This document shows, one piece after another, positions 39,401 to 47,400 of a stretch of DNA of 64,000 nucleotides. Below the pieces are notes generated by a model. The model was not told the origin of the DNA. It saw nothing but the letters and a program-made list of their open reading frames with translations, and made no database searches. Position numbers and translations under genes: made by a program. How positions within the stretch are numbered: the stretch's first letter is position 1; every line of letters begins with the position of its first letter. This stretch comes from Dehalococcoidia bacterium (GTDB lineage: Bacteria > Chloroflexota > Dehalococcoidia > Bin125), in contig CAXXRD010000003.1 of NCBI GenBank assembly GCA_963663895.2, forward strand, positions 224,001-288,000, read 5' to 3'.

Positions 39401-39999
39401 CCCTTGATTTCCGCAACCCAACTCCGATCAACGAGCTGTGGGCCAGCGGACCAAGCGATCCTGCGCGGCGCGCGCGCACGGTCGCGGCGCTGAACGATCT
39501 CTCCGCGACGGGCGCGCCCGTCACCGATCAGCGGGCCTTGCTGGCCACGGTGGGAAACGACCCCCTGGTTGCCGCCGGCGGCAGCGGCATCCTGCTGATT
39601 GCATTCGTTACCGTCGCGATCCTCGTGTTGGTCGCGTTCCTGGTGAGCGTCGTCCTCACAGCGCGCGACCGCACGCTAGAGATGGCCGTCTTGCGCACGC
39701 TCGGGACCGGCCGGCGCGCGCTGCTCGCTCAACTCATGGCCGAGTACGCGGTGGTCGCGATCATCGGGCTGGGGCTCGGTACCTTCTTGGGCGATCGCAT
39801 CGCGCGCCTCACACTGCGTTTCCTGGATATCGACGCGGCAGGCGATCGGGTCCTGCCGCCCTTCCTACTCACGACAAACTGGGAGGTCGTCCTGGGCACC
39901 TACGTTGGGCTGGTCGCGACCCTCGCCTTGGGAGTCGGGGCCGCCTGGCGCCTTTCCGCCCGCGGGTCGATCACACGCGCGCTGCGATTGGCTGCCTGA
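36475..39999 (+). CDS. Large double-FtsX ABC transporter permease 1
   Basis: Two FtsX cores (EIALLRSRGAS; EMAVLRTLG), QRYYLD, large extracytoplasmic domains. Start uncertain (ATG 36475 or CTG 36574). Confidence 0.9.
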   Translation: MGIRLAPPGRICGEIPIARYTRRADHRARENTTLRLLFLRARANWRLLGVVGLGILVTSVLMASTTVYTRALTDLGLDFELDREAGQIGSVQVTISQTLLGGERAQAVRDFIEASLDAHFGDIALPRRIRSGRVSDLRLLAETQIPGSAPLGGEFTTIEGWESYVEFEGRPPGSPTLALDPALGLSQLDGPIEVALPRAQAELAGLRVGDAFTVADVYDDCDREPPLFDGPTASTPPSLEPCTTSALISLQIPAKVVGIFDALNPDDPFWDAALASLARPREPRKSLALPRVFALFVHSDALFGPLSQLLPGYRADIRFADPIPLSAFDSAGIPADLGRFASLQTDIASVGGTVSSSFEETLRSFQEARDFSVVPILLIVVQVVGAVVFFIFAMARLLVGGETDEIALLRSRGASLPQVLGLYALQLLPIVILAAAGAPLIAAAAVSALGFVGSFRDVTGADWITISLTPQAWALALAGAALAMGVVLVPVAKAARVPPGTARRVAARPAGRNVFQRYYLDIAFVAVAGFLVWSVGARDAVFTRDTVGGLSTEPLVLITPALVGLIAILLVLRLLPPALSALAWIAGHRIPMPIAAALRQAARNPGPVIRLTVLTMLAAAIGTFAASYDATVDRSFDERARFEAGVDLRTGTDPRPPGLIQASIEALPSAGATTLATRRSGSVGATGARGREVQILALDSARAASMLWFRDDFSAEPLATLLPKLRPAANLGGLPLPDDLVELSLWVNPSVPRTDLSVWLQVRDRDGRFFRVGLGNPGVAGIWQELRGDATGPAAFSDARPPLTLHAITYTEGESQRLGEPGSLLFDDLVATTARGDRILIEGFESDARQWLRQPLAATGATDAAERRTDIAAHSGSSAVEYRWTAGVSPGRRGLYLPSPNLCDADGRCALNVIVSETFLDNHGLRVGDEAPLHLGPFSIDVRIIAAVALFPTLDPQEEGGFLITDVAELHHLGATLDFRNPTPINELWASGPSDPARRARTVAALNDLSATGAPVTDQRALLATVGNDPLVAAGGSGILLIAFVTVAILVLVAFLVSVVLTARDRTLEMAVLRTLGTGRRALLAQLMAEYAVVAIIGLGLGTFLGDRIARLTLRFLDIDAAGDRVLPPFLLTTNWEVVLGTYVGLVATLALGVGAAWRLSARGSITRALRLAA

Positions 40000-40018
40000 G
40001 ATGGCCACAACGCAGGTC

Positions 40019-40534
40019 TCAGGGCAGCGATTCCGGCTCCAGCACGTCGATAATCTCCCCGGGCAGGATCTGTGGCCGGCTCTCCTCCGGCAACAACAGG
40101 CCGGACTGCGCGATCAGCTCGTCCCCAGCCGACTCGGCCACAAGCAATGCAACCGCGGCGCCCGGCTCGATCGGCGCCTCGGGCCCCTGTGCGAGCCGCA
40201 ACAGGAAGCTCGATCCTTTCGCGAAGCGGAAGCGGGTCCTGCCACCGGCCCACGCCAGCGTCAGCGTCTCGCGATCGGAGCCGGTCACGCGGCCGATCAG
40301 AACCTGCCGCCCGGGCAAGCCCGCCGCGTGACCGAAGGGGCTCAAGCCACTGCGGGGAACGATCACGTCCCCGGCCACGCCGCTTGCGCTCGGGGTCGCG
40401 GGGCTCACCAGCACGGGCTCGGGCTGCCGTGCGCTGTGTGCGATCCATTCCGCGCCGACGAGCCAACCCGCGGCAGCGGCGATCACAACGACCCCCAACC
40501 ATGCGCCCAACCCCCGCCACGTGCGCGGCGTCAC
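40019..40534 (-). CDS. Membrane-anchored hypothetical protein (OB-fold/DUF5666-like)
   Basis: N-terminal TM helix, then GRVTGSDRETLTL...IEPGAAVAL; start overlaps the upstream stop. Confidence 0.65.
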   Translation of the reverse strand: MTPRTWRGLGAWLGVVVIAAAAGWLVGAEWIAHSARQPEPVLVSPATPSASGVAGDVIVPRSGLSPFGHAAGLPGRQVLIGRVTGSDRETLTLAWAGGRTRFRFAKGSSFLLRLAQGPEAPIEPGAAVALLVAESAGDELIAQSGLLLPEESRPQILPGEIIDVLEPESLP

Positions 40535-40935
40535 GGTGCGACTTCGTCCGGTGCGACGACGACCACTGCCTGCAGGACAAGCGCGAGGGAGTTATCATCG
40601 ACCGCCCCAACGATCACCCACTCCCCCACCCGCACCTCCGCCGGTGTGACAGGAGTGAGCCGTTGAATCAGCGCCTCCGACCCCACACGCACGGACACCA
40701 GCGTCTCATCGACGCGCACCTGAACGTGCTCCCCCTCGACGTCGCTCACGATGCCCGCCAGATCGGCGGGGGGAGCATTATCCAGCAGGGTTTCGCCTTG
40801 GAAGATCCGACGCGGCTCGGGATCGGATTCGTCGGCGATCTGCCAGCCCAAGACCGCAGTGACCGCAAAGGTCAGGGCGGCGAGCAGCGCCAGCGAAAGG
40901 CCAACGGCCCGGGCCGCAGTCAGGCGCGCGCGCAT
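40531..40935 (-). CDS. Membrane-anchored hypothetical protein (OB-fold/DUF5666-like)
   Basis: GAGGGG RBS; TM helix, then GIVSDVEGEHVQV...EVRVGEWVIV. Confidence 0.7.
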   Translation of the reverse strand: MRARLTAARAVGLSLALLAALTFAVTAVLGWQIADESDPEPRRIFQGETLLDNAPPADLAGIVSDVEGEHVQVRVDETLVSVRVGSEALIQRLTPVTPAEVRVGEWVIVGAVDDNSLALVLQAVVVVAPDEVAP

Positions 40936-41039
40936 CGTCCGCCCCTCTCCACCGTCGTCAAGTGCAGCCGGATCCTAGCGTGCCGTCGTCGCCTAGCGCC
41001 GCTGCCAGATCGGGGCATCCTTGGGCAGCGCTCTTCGCC

Positions 41040-44000
41040 ATGTTGATCACGCTCCCCATCGTGGTACGCCTCGCTCTGGGCCGGGCCGCCGGACACCGGC
41101 GCTTGCTGGCCGCGGTGATGGTGGGTGTGATCCTGGCCGTGGGCTTGATGGCCGCCACCGAGATCTACCGCAACGCGCTGCGGGAGCGCGGGATCGATGT
41201 CGAGTTGAGCCGCGCCGACAAGACGGAGATTGACCTAGCCGTCTCGCTGAGCGGGCACGGGCTGGCGTCGCCCGGCTACGAGGAATCCCAGGCGCTCATC
41301 GACCGAGCCTTGAGTCGGATCGATCCGTACCTCCATGCCAGCACCCGCACCGCGCTCTCCGCGACGTTCTTCCTCACCGATCCCGCTACCCGCTTCCGCC
41401 AAACGCCCGACCTTCCCCGCGCCAATCTGCAGTTTCTGACCGGGCTTGACCCGCATATCACGATCGACGGGGGGCGCTGGCCCAGCTCGGAACCCAGTGC
41501 CACGGCGCTGGGCGCGCCCAGAGTCGAGGTCGCGCTCGGCTCCGAGGCGGCGGCCGCCTTCGGTGTCGCGATCGGCGATACCTTCGCCCTCCACCCGTTC
41601 TGGCGCGAAGACGTGGCGCCGATCGAGGTGACCGTCGTCGGGCTCATCGGCCAGAGGGAGGCGGAGGAGGAATACTGGGGGCGCCGCACCGACTACTTCT
41701 TCGTGGACCGGCAGGACCCGCCCACCTATCGCTTCTTCACGACGGCGAACACACTCCTGGACGTGATCTCGGGGCACCTCCCCGATATCACCGCTCGTCT
41801 GGAGACGCTCGCCTACTTCGACCTGAGAACGATCGACTCCGACGACGTCGAGACCTTAGCTCAACGGCTGCGCACCTTCGAGCGGACCGTTCTGGGCAGT
41901 GTCGACCGAGCACGGGTGCAGAGCGAGATGGCGGCCATCCTGGATACCTTCTCGACGCGGGATTTCTTCGCACAGGTGCCGCTTTTGGTGGTGACACTCC
42001 AGATCGTGGCGATTGTGCTGTACTACCTCATGATGGTGGCAGCGCTGCTCGTCGAGCGGCAGGCCGGTGAGGTCGCGCTGCTCAAGAGCCGGGGGGCGAG
42101 GACTCATCACATCCTTGGGATCTATGCGATCGAGGGCGCGATCCTGTCCGGGATCGGCCTGGCGGTCGGCCCGCCGCTTGCGTTGGGCGTCGTATCGCTT
42201 CTCGGACTGACGCCCGCCTTCGACGGACTCAGCGGCAGCGCCCTGCTGGACACGCAGCTCACTGCCACCGCCTACGCCTGGGCGGCACTGGGGGCGGGGT
42301 TGGCTTTTCTGGCCTTGCTCGTCCCCGCGATCGCTATGGGGCGGCGCGGCATCGTGCAATACAAGCAAGCCCTGTCCCGGCCTACGGGACAATCCGCCTT
42401 CCATCGCTACTACCTGGATCTCGTCGTCGTGGTGCTGGCGGCGCTGCTCTTCTTCCAACTCCAGACGTCGGACTCGCTCGTGACTGAGGAACTGTTCGGG
42501 GATCTCAATTACGACCCTCTCCTCCTGCTGGCGCCCACGGTCTTCCTGGTCACGGTGGCCGTCGTCTTCCTGCGCCTCTTCCCTCTGCTCGTGCGAGCCG
42601 TCGACCGCGCCACGCGGCGCTTCAACCACACCCCGCTCCAACTGGGGATCTGGCAGCTGATGCGTGCCCCGCTGGGGCATTCACGCCTTGTGCTCTTGCT
42701 CATCTTGGCGACCGCGATCGGCATGTTCTCGGCGACGTTCGGCGCGACCCTCGAACGATCCTTCGACGATCGCGCGGCTTACCTGACCGGAGCACCCCTC
42801 CGCCTCTCCGGGCTCGATACGAACGAGCGCGGCGCCGCCAGCCTGGTGGCCGCGTTCGAACGCCGGGGCGACGTCGCAGCCGCGAGCGCAGCACTCCGCA
42901 CCGACGTCCGCTACCAGCTCGGGAACGGCCGTCCGGTCGCGGTCGATCTCCTCGGCGTGGACCCTGTCCGCCTCCCGGAGGTCGCCTGGTTCCGTGACGA
43001 TCTGGCCGCTGATTCCCTAGCGACGCTCCTGGCACCGCTGCGTGAGAACCCGCTCGAGCTTCCGGCCGTCGTGATCCCCGCGGACGCGGAGCGCGTCGGG
43101 ATCTGGGCTCATCTGACGCGCACCAGCAGCGTGATCGTGTCCTTGCGGATGCAGGACAGCGAGGGGCGCTACATCGATCGGCGGCTGGGCCCCACCTTGG
43201 ACGGCGGGAGCGGCTGGCAACTGCTCACAGCGCCGCTGGACGGCTTGGCTGCGGGCCCCGCCACCGTCACGGGCATCTTCGTGCGACGGGCGCCGCGCTT
43301 CGGATCGTTCGCCAACCAGATCGTGTTCGACGACCTGCAATACAGTCCCACCGCGGGGCCACCGGATACGCCCTTCGACAACGGCGTCGTGGTCGAGGAT
43401 TTCGAGAGTCTCGAGCGCTGGACGCCGGTCTTCGAAGCCACGGCCACCGGCCGTCCCGACCGCTTCAACGCGGAGCGTGATCTCGTCGTCTCCGGCGAGA
43501 GCGCCGCCCGCTACACGTGGGAGCGCAGCCTCCAGACCACGCGGGGGATCCGGATCGCAGGAGACGATCTCCCGCTGGCGGTGATCGCCAATCAAGCCTT
43601 CCTCAATGAGGCCGAACTCCATCTCGGCGACGAAGTCCTCGTCTTCGCATCCCAGGGACCGATGCCAGTTCGGATCGCGGGCGCGTTCGATCTGTTCCCC
43701 ACGTTCGACCCGCGGCAGGGGAAGGGCCTCCTTCTCGCCGACGGGAAACGGCTGAGCTTTCTCATCAACGCGGAAGGCACGCGTTCCGGCATCGTCGCCC
43801 CGAACGAGGTGTGGATCGATCCCGGGGATGCGGCCAGGCTCGCCTCCCTGCGCGCAACGATCGCCGCAGGTGGCTTCGGCGATCCCACGGTCTTCGACGC
43901 CAAAGCACTGCGCGACGCCCAGAACGAGGACCCCCTCACCGCCGCCGGTTGGGACGGCCTGCTTTTCCTGTCGTTCTCCGCGGTGCTCTTACTGAGCATC

Positions 44001-44369
44001 CTCGGGTTCCTCGTCTCCTCGCTCGCCTCCGCGCGCGCGCGCGCGCTGGAGTTCGCCGTCCTGCGCACCTTGGGGTTCTCCCTGCGCCAGACGCTCGCCG
44101 TCGTCACCTTCGAAAAGGTCTTCATCGTCGGCCTGGCGATGGCGGTCGGCACGCTGGTCGGCGCGCGCCTCGGCATCCTCATGCTCGAGTTCATCGGGAT
44201 CACCGAGCGCGGCGAGGAGGTCGTGCCTCCCTTCGTGCTGGCCACGGACTGGGGTACGATCGGCATCGTTTACGCCATCCTCGGCGCCGTCTTCTTAATG
44301 ACGGTCGGCGTCGTCGTGGCGCTGTACGCGCGCCTTGCGCTCTACCGTGTCCTGCGGCTGGGCGAATGA
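41040..44369 (+). CDS. Large double-FtsX ABC transporter permease 2
   Basis: EVALLKSRGA, HRYYLD, EFAVLRTLG; colinear paralogue of permease 1. Confidence 0.9.
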   Translation: MLITLPIVVRLALGRAAGHRRLLAAVMVGVILAVGLMAATEIYRNALRERGIDVELSRADKTEIDLAVSLSGHGLASPGYEESQALIDRALSRIDPYLHASTRTALSATFFLTDPATRFRQTPDLPRANLQFLTGLDPHITIDGGRWPSSEPSATALGAPRVEVALGSEAAAAFGVAIGDTFALHPFWREDVAPIEVTVVGLIGQREAEEEYWGRRTDYFFVDRQDPPTYRFFTTANTLLDVISGHLPDITARLETLAYFDLRTIDSDDVETLAQRLRTFERTVLGSVDRARVQSEMAAILDTFSTRDFFAQVPLLVVTLQIVAIVLYYLMMVAALLVERQAGEVALLKSRGARTHHILGIYAIEGAILSGIGLAVGPPLALGVVSLLGLTPAFDGLSGSALLDTQLTATAYAWAALGAGLAFLALLVPAIAMGRRGIVQYKQALSRPTGQSAFHRYYLDLVVVVLAALLFFQLQTSDSLVTEELFGDLNYDPLLLLAPTVFLVTVAVVFLRLFPLLVRAVDRATRRFNHTPLQLGIWQLMRAPLGHSRLVLLLILATAIGMFSATFGATLERSFDDRAAYLTGAPLRLSGLDTNERGAASLVAAFERRGDVAAASAALRTDVRYQLGNGRPVAVDLLGVDPVRLPEVAWFRDDLAADSLATLLAPLRENPLELPAVVIPADAERVGIWAHLTRTSSVIVSLRMQDSEGRYIDRRLGPTLDGGSGWQLLTAPLDGLAAGPATVTGIFVRRAPRFGSFANQIVFDDLQYSPTAGPPDTPFDNGVVVEDFESLERWTPVFEATATGRPDRFNAERDLVVSGESAARYTWERSLQTTRGIRIAGDDLPLAVIANQAFLNEAELHLGDEVLVFASQGPMPVRIAGAFDLFPTFDPRQGKGLLLADGKRLSFLINAEGTRSGIVAPNEVWIDPGDAARLASLRATIAAGGFGDPTVFDAKALRDAQNEDPLTAAGWDGLLFLSFSAVLLLSILGFLVSSLASARARALEFAVLRTLGFSLRQTLAVVTFEKVFIVGLAMAVGTLVGARLGILMLEFIGITERGEEVVPPFVLATDWGTIGIVYAILGAVFLMTVGVVVALYARLALYRVLRLGE

Positions 44370-44409
44370 GCCGGCCGGGCTCCCCGAGGAGGCGCACGAA
44401 AGATCGACG

Positions 44410-45345
44410 ATGGGGCCGATGACGCAGCAACCGTCCTCCGCAGTCGGCGACAGATCCAAACCGGGAAACCCCGACTGGCACGTCGTCTGCGCCGACCTCT
44501 TCAAGATCTACAAAGTGGCACAGATGGAGGTCGTCGCGCTGCGGGGCTTGGACCTACGCATTGAGAGCGGCGAGATGCTCGCGCTCGTCGGTGCCTCGGG
44601 CTCCGGCAAGTCCACGCTGCTCACCATCCTGGCCGGCCTGGACCTGCCAAGCGCCGGCTCCGTCCTCGTCGACGGCCGGGACCTGCTGACGATGGAGGAA
44701 CCGGAGCGCGTGGAGTACCGGCGCCGGCAGGTTGGCTTCGTCTGGCAGCAAGCCGGTCGCAACCTGGTCCCCTACCTCTCTGCGGCCCAGAACATTGAGC
44801 TGCCCATGATCCTCGCCGGCCGGCCGCGCCAGCAGGTGCGTGCGCGCACCACGGCCTTGCTTGAGGCGATCGGTCTCACCGCGCGCGCACAATCGCGGCT
44901 AGAGCAGCTCTCGGGCGGGGAGCAGCAACGCGTGTCGATCGGGGTAGCGCTCGCCAACGAGCCGCCCCTACTCCTCGCCGATGAGCCCACCGGCGAACTC
45001 GACACACGCACCGCTGACCAGATCTTCGACCTCTTCGCCGACCTCAACCGTCGCTTCGGGGTCACGATCGTCATCGTGACCCATGACGAAGGGATCAGAG
45101 ACCGCGTGCCGCGCGTGGCCATGATCCGCGATGGCCGCATCGCAACGGAGATCTTCAACGCCGCGGGAGCGCCGGCGGGCGGCGCCACGGATCTCCTCCG
45201 CCGCGAGTACACAGTGGTCGACCGCAGCGGCCGCATCCAGATCCCGAGGGAGCTGCGGGACGCGGCGGGGCTGGGCCGCCACGTCCAGATGGATCTCCAA
45301 GACGATCGTGTCACTATCGCGCGCGCTCCCGACGCCGACCCATGA
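44410..45345 (+). CDS. MacB/LolD-type ABC ATPase with C-terminal AbrB-like domain
   Basis: GASGSGKST, LSGGEQQR, LADEPTGELD, VTHD; tail VVDRSGRIQIPREL. Confidence 0.92.
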   Translation: MGPMTQQPSSAVGDRSKPGNPDWHVVCADLFKIYKVAQMEVVALRGLDLRIESGEMLALVGASGSGKSTLLTILAGLDLPSAGSVLVDGRDLLTMEEPERVEYRRRQVGFVWQQAGRNLVPYLSAAQNIELPMILAGRPRQQVRARTTALLEAIGLTARAQSRLEQLSGGEQQRVSIGVALANEPPLLLADEPTGELDTRTADQIFDLFADLNRRFGVTIVIVTHDEGIRDRVPRVAMIRDGRIATEIFNAAGAPAGGATDLLRREYTVVDRSGRIQIPRELRDAAGLGRHVQMDLQDDRVTIARAPDADP

Positions 45346-46163
45346 CCGGCCGGCCGCCCGGCAGCGAGCGCCCCACCGCCCCGCCGGCTGCGCCGACGGG
45401 CCACTCGGAGCCGATCGTGCAGGCGGAGCGGGTGAGCCGTCGCTTCCAAGTGGGCGGGGAGGAGATCTGGGCGGTGCGGGATCTCTCGCTGCATATCGAG
45501 CGGGGCGCGTTCGCCGCCCTGATGGGTCGCTCTGGATCCGGAAAAACGACGCTGCTGAATTGCATCGCCGGCCTCGACCGGCCCGACTCGGGCCGCGTTT
45601 ACCTGGCCGGCAGAGAGATCACACACGCTCCGGAGCGCCAACTGTTGCAGATGCGGCGCCACGAGATCGGATTCGTCTTCCAGTCGTTCGGTCTCCTGCC
45701 CCTCCTCTCGGCCTACGAGAACGTGGAGGTCGCGCTGCGCATCGCGGGCGTCGGCCTCCAAAAGCGCCGTGCCCGCACGATCGAGCTCCTCCAACTCGTG
45801 GATCTGCATGCCCGCAGCGACCACCGTCCCTACGAACTGTCGGGCGGGGAGCAGCAGCGCGTGGCGATCGCGCGTGCCTTGGCGAACGAGCCGTCGCTCA
45901 TCGTCGCGGACGAACCCACTGGAGAGCTGGACTCCGGCAACGCTCGCGCCATCTTCGACCTCCTGCGTCGGCTGGCGCACCAGCGCGGGATGACGATCCT
46001 GACCGCGACGCACGACCGCACCGTCTTGGAATTCGCCGATCGCGTCGACGAGATGGCGGATGGACGCCTGTTGGAGCATCACGAGCGCGACCTCACGGTC
46101 ACCGCGAGGAACCGCCCCGCCATCGCGGACGAACCCGCTCCACAAGCATCACCGGGCCGGTAG
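45342..46163 (+). CDS. MacB/LolD-type ABC ATPase
   Basis: GRSGSGKTT, LSGGEQQR, VADEPTGELD, ATHD. Confidence 0.93.
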   Translation: MTGRPPGSERPTAPPAAPTGHSEPIVQAERVSRRFQVGGEEIWAVRDLSLHIERGAFAALMGRSGSGKTTLLNCIAGLDRPDSGRVYLAGREITHAPERQLLQMRRHEIGFVFQSFGLLPLLSAYENVEVALRIAGVGLQKRRARTIELLQLVDLHARSDHRPYELSGGEQQRVAIARALANEPSLIVADEPTGELDSGNARAIFDLLRRLAHQRGMTILTATHDRTVLEFADRVDEMADGRLLEHHERDLTVTARNRPAIADEPAPQASPGR

Positions 46164-46415
46164 GCGGCCCGGCAGGTACCAAGGAGCGGCGTCCACCTCG
46201 ACTCCCTCCGACGGACGCCGGCGAAGCCCCACAATCGCAGCGGCGGCGGGGACGCGCGTCCAGCCGGCCGGCATCCTGGAAGCCCGCGCCGCGACCGCAA
46301 GCTCGACCGGGCCGACGGCCTAGCCTGCGAGATCATCACGCCGCTCCGTTTCCGCGAAGAGAGCCCGTGAGATCTCCAAAGGACGCAAGGACTAGATGAG
46401 GCAGCAACGTCCTCG

Positions 46416-47279
46416 CTATCCCCAAGCGCTACCTTCCATTCCACCGCAGACCCGAACCACGCGCCCCTTGGGCGGAGGTGAGCAACTTTGTTCTGCGTAT
46501 CCCCGAAGCTCGTTAAGCCGCTGAATGGCTTCGTCATTGAGTTCTGAATCTTTCGGATTCGTCCAGTTAAACGTGTTGACCACGCGATCCGGCCAATTGA
46601 GCGAGTCCCAGCTGACGACGCTGACATTTCTCGCAACAATCTTACGGAAGTCTCTCCCCCAGACTCGAAAAGTCGCTACGACATCGAACTCGAAAGATCC
46701 GGGTTCTGTCGGGAGCACTTGAATGCCTATCTCCGCGCGTGATGAAGCATCTATCCGCAACTCGCGTGCTACGGGGCAATTCTCAGCGATCGCTCCTGAG
46801 ATCAAAGGCACTTCATTCGGAGGCAAAGACGCAATCCGGACCACGAAGTCTCCTTCTGTACCTCTTCCGCCCGCTTGGATCGTCTGCGCTTGGACGAGGG
46901 TTGTGCCCAATGTCGCGTCTGCTAAACACTTCGCCGACCGAAAGAGCAGGGTAATCTCCGTAAGGGACACAGGCGTCGCGGTCGAACCTTCGGAAGTATT
47001 TCGTAGATCTAGAACGAAAACCGTATCGTCGAAGAACGAGCACTGACCGATCTCGGTAGCCCGCTGTATTCCGGCATCTGTGAGCGGCGACGGGAGATCG
47101 GACGATTGTACAATCGCGAAGGCACCAAGCTCGCTCATATAGTGAACGTTGATCTTCAACTGCGCGTTGAGCGGAATAAGGCCAAAGCGACGTCTGACCA
47201 TCCTGATAGCAGGGCGACTGAGCAGGCGAAGAAGCAATGTGCCCAGCGCACTCAGGACAGCGAGCAGCGTCTCCATCAT
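46416..47279 (-). CDS. Hypothetical protein with N-terminal hydrophobic/basic segment (orphan-like)
   Basis: 287-codon ORF in visibly AT-richer DNA; strong AGGAGG RBS; co-oriented downstream of the RM gene. Confidence 0.75.
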   Translation of the reverse strand: MMETLLAVLSALGTLLLRLLSRPAIRMVRRRFGLIPLNAQLKINVHYMSELGAFAIVQSSDLPSPLTDAGIQRATEIGQCSFFDDTVFVLDLRNTSEGSTATPVSLTEITLLFRSAKCLADATLGTTLVQAQTIQAGGRGTEGDFVVRIASLPPNEVPLISGAIAENCPVARELRIDASSRAEIGIQVLPTEPGSFEFDVVATFRVWGRDFRKIVARNVSVVSWDSLNWPDRVVNTFNWTNPKDSELNDEAIQRLNELRGYAEQSCSPPPKGRVVRVCGGMEGSAWG

Positions 47280-47400
47280 CGCCTCCTACCGCTGATAGCA
47301 AAGCTATGACTACTCGCCTCAGCAGATAGTCCCACCTGTCTCGCACGCGTTTCAGTCAACTCTGTGGGAGTCACTTCTAACGAACAGCATCCTCACGGTG

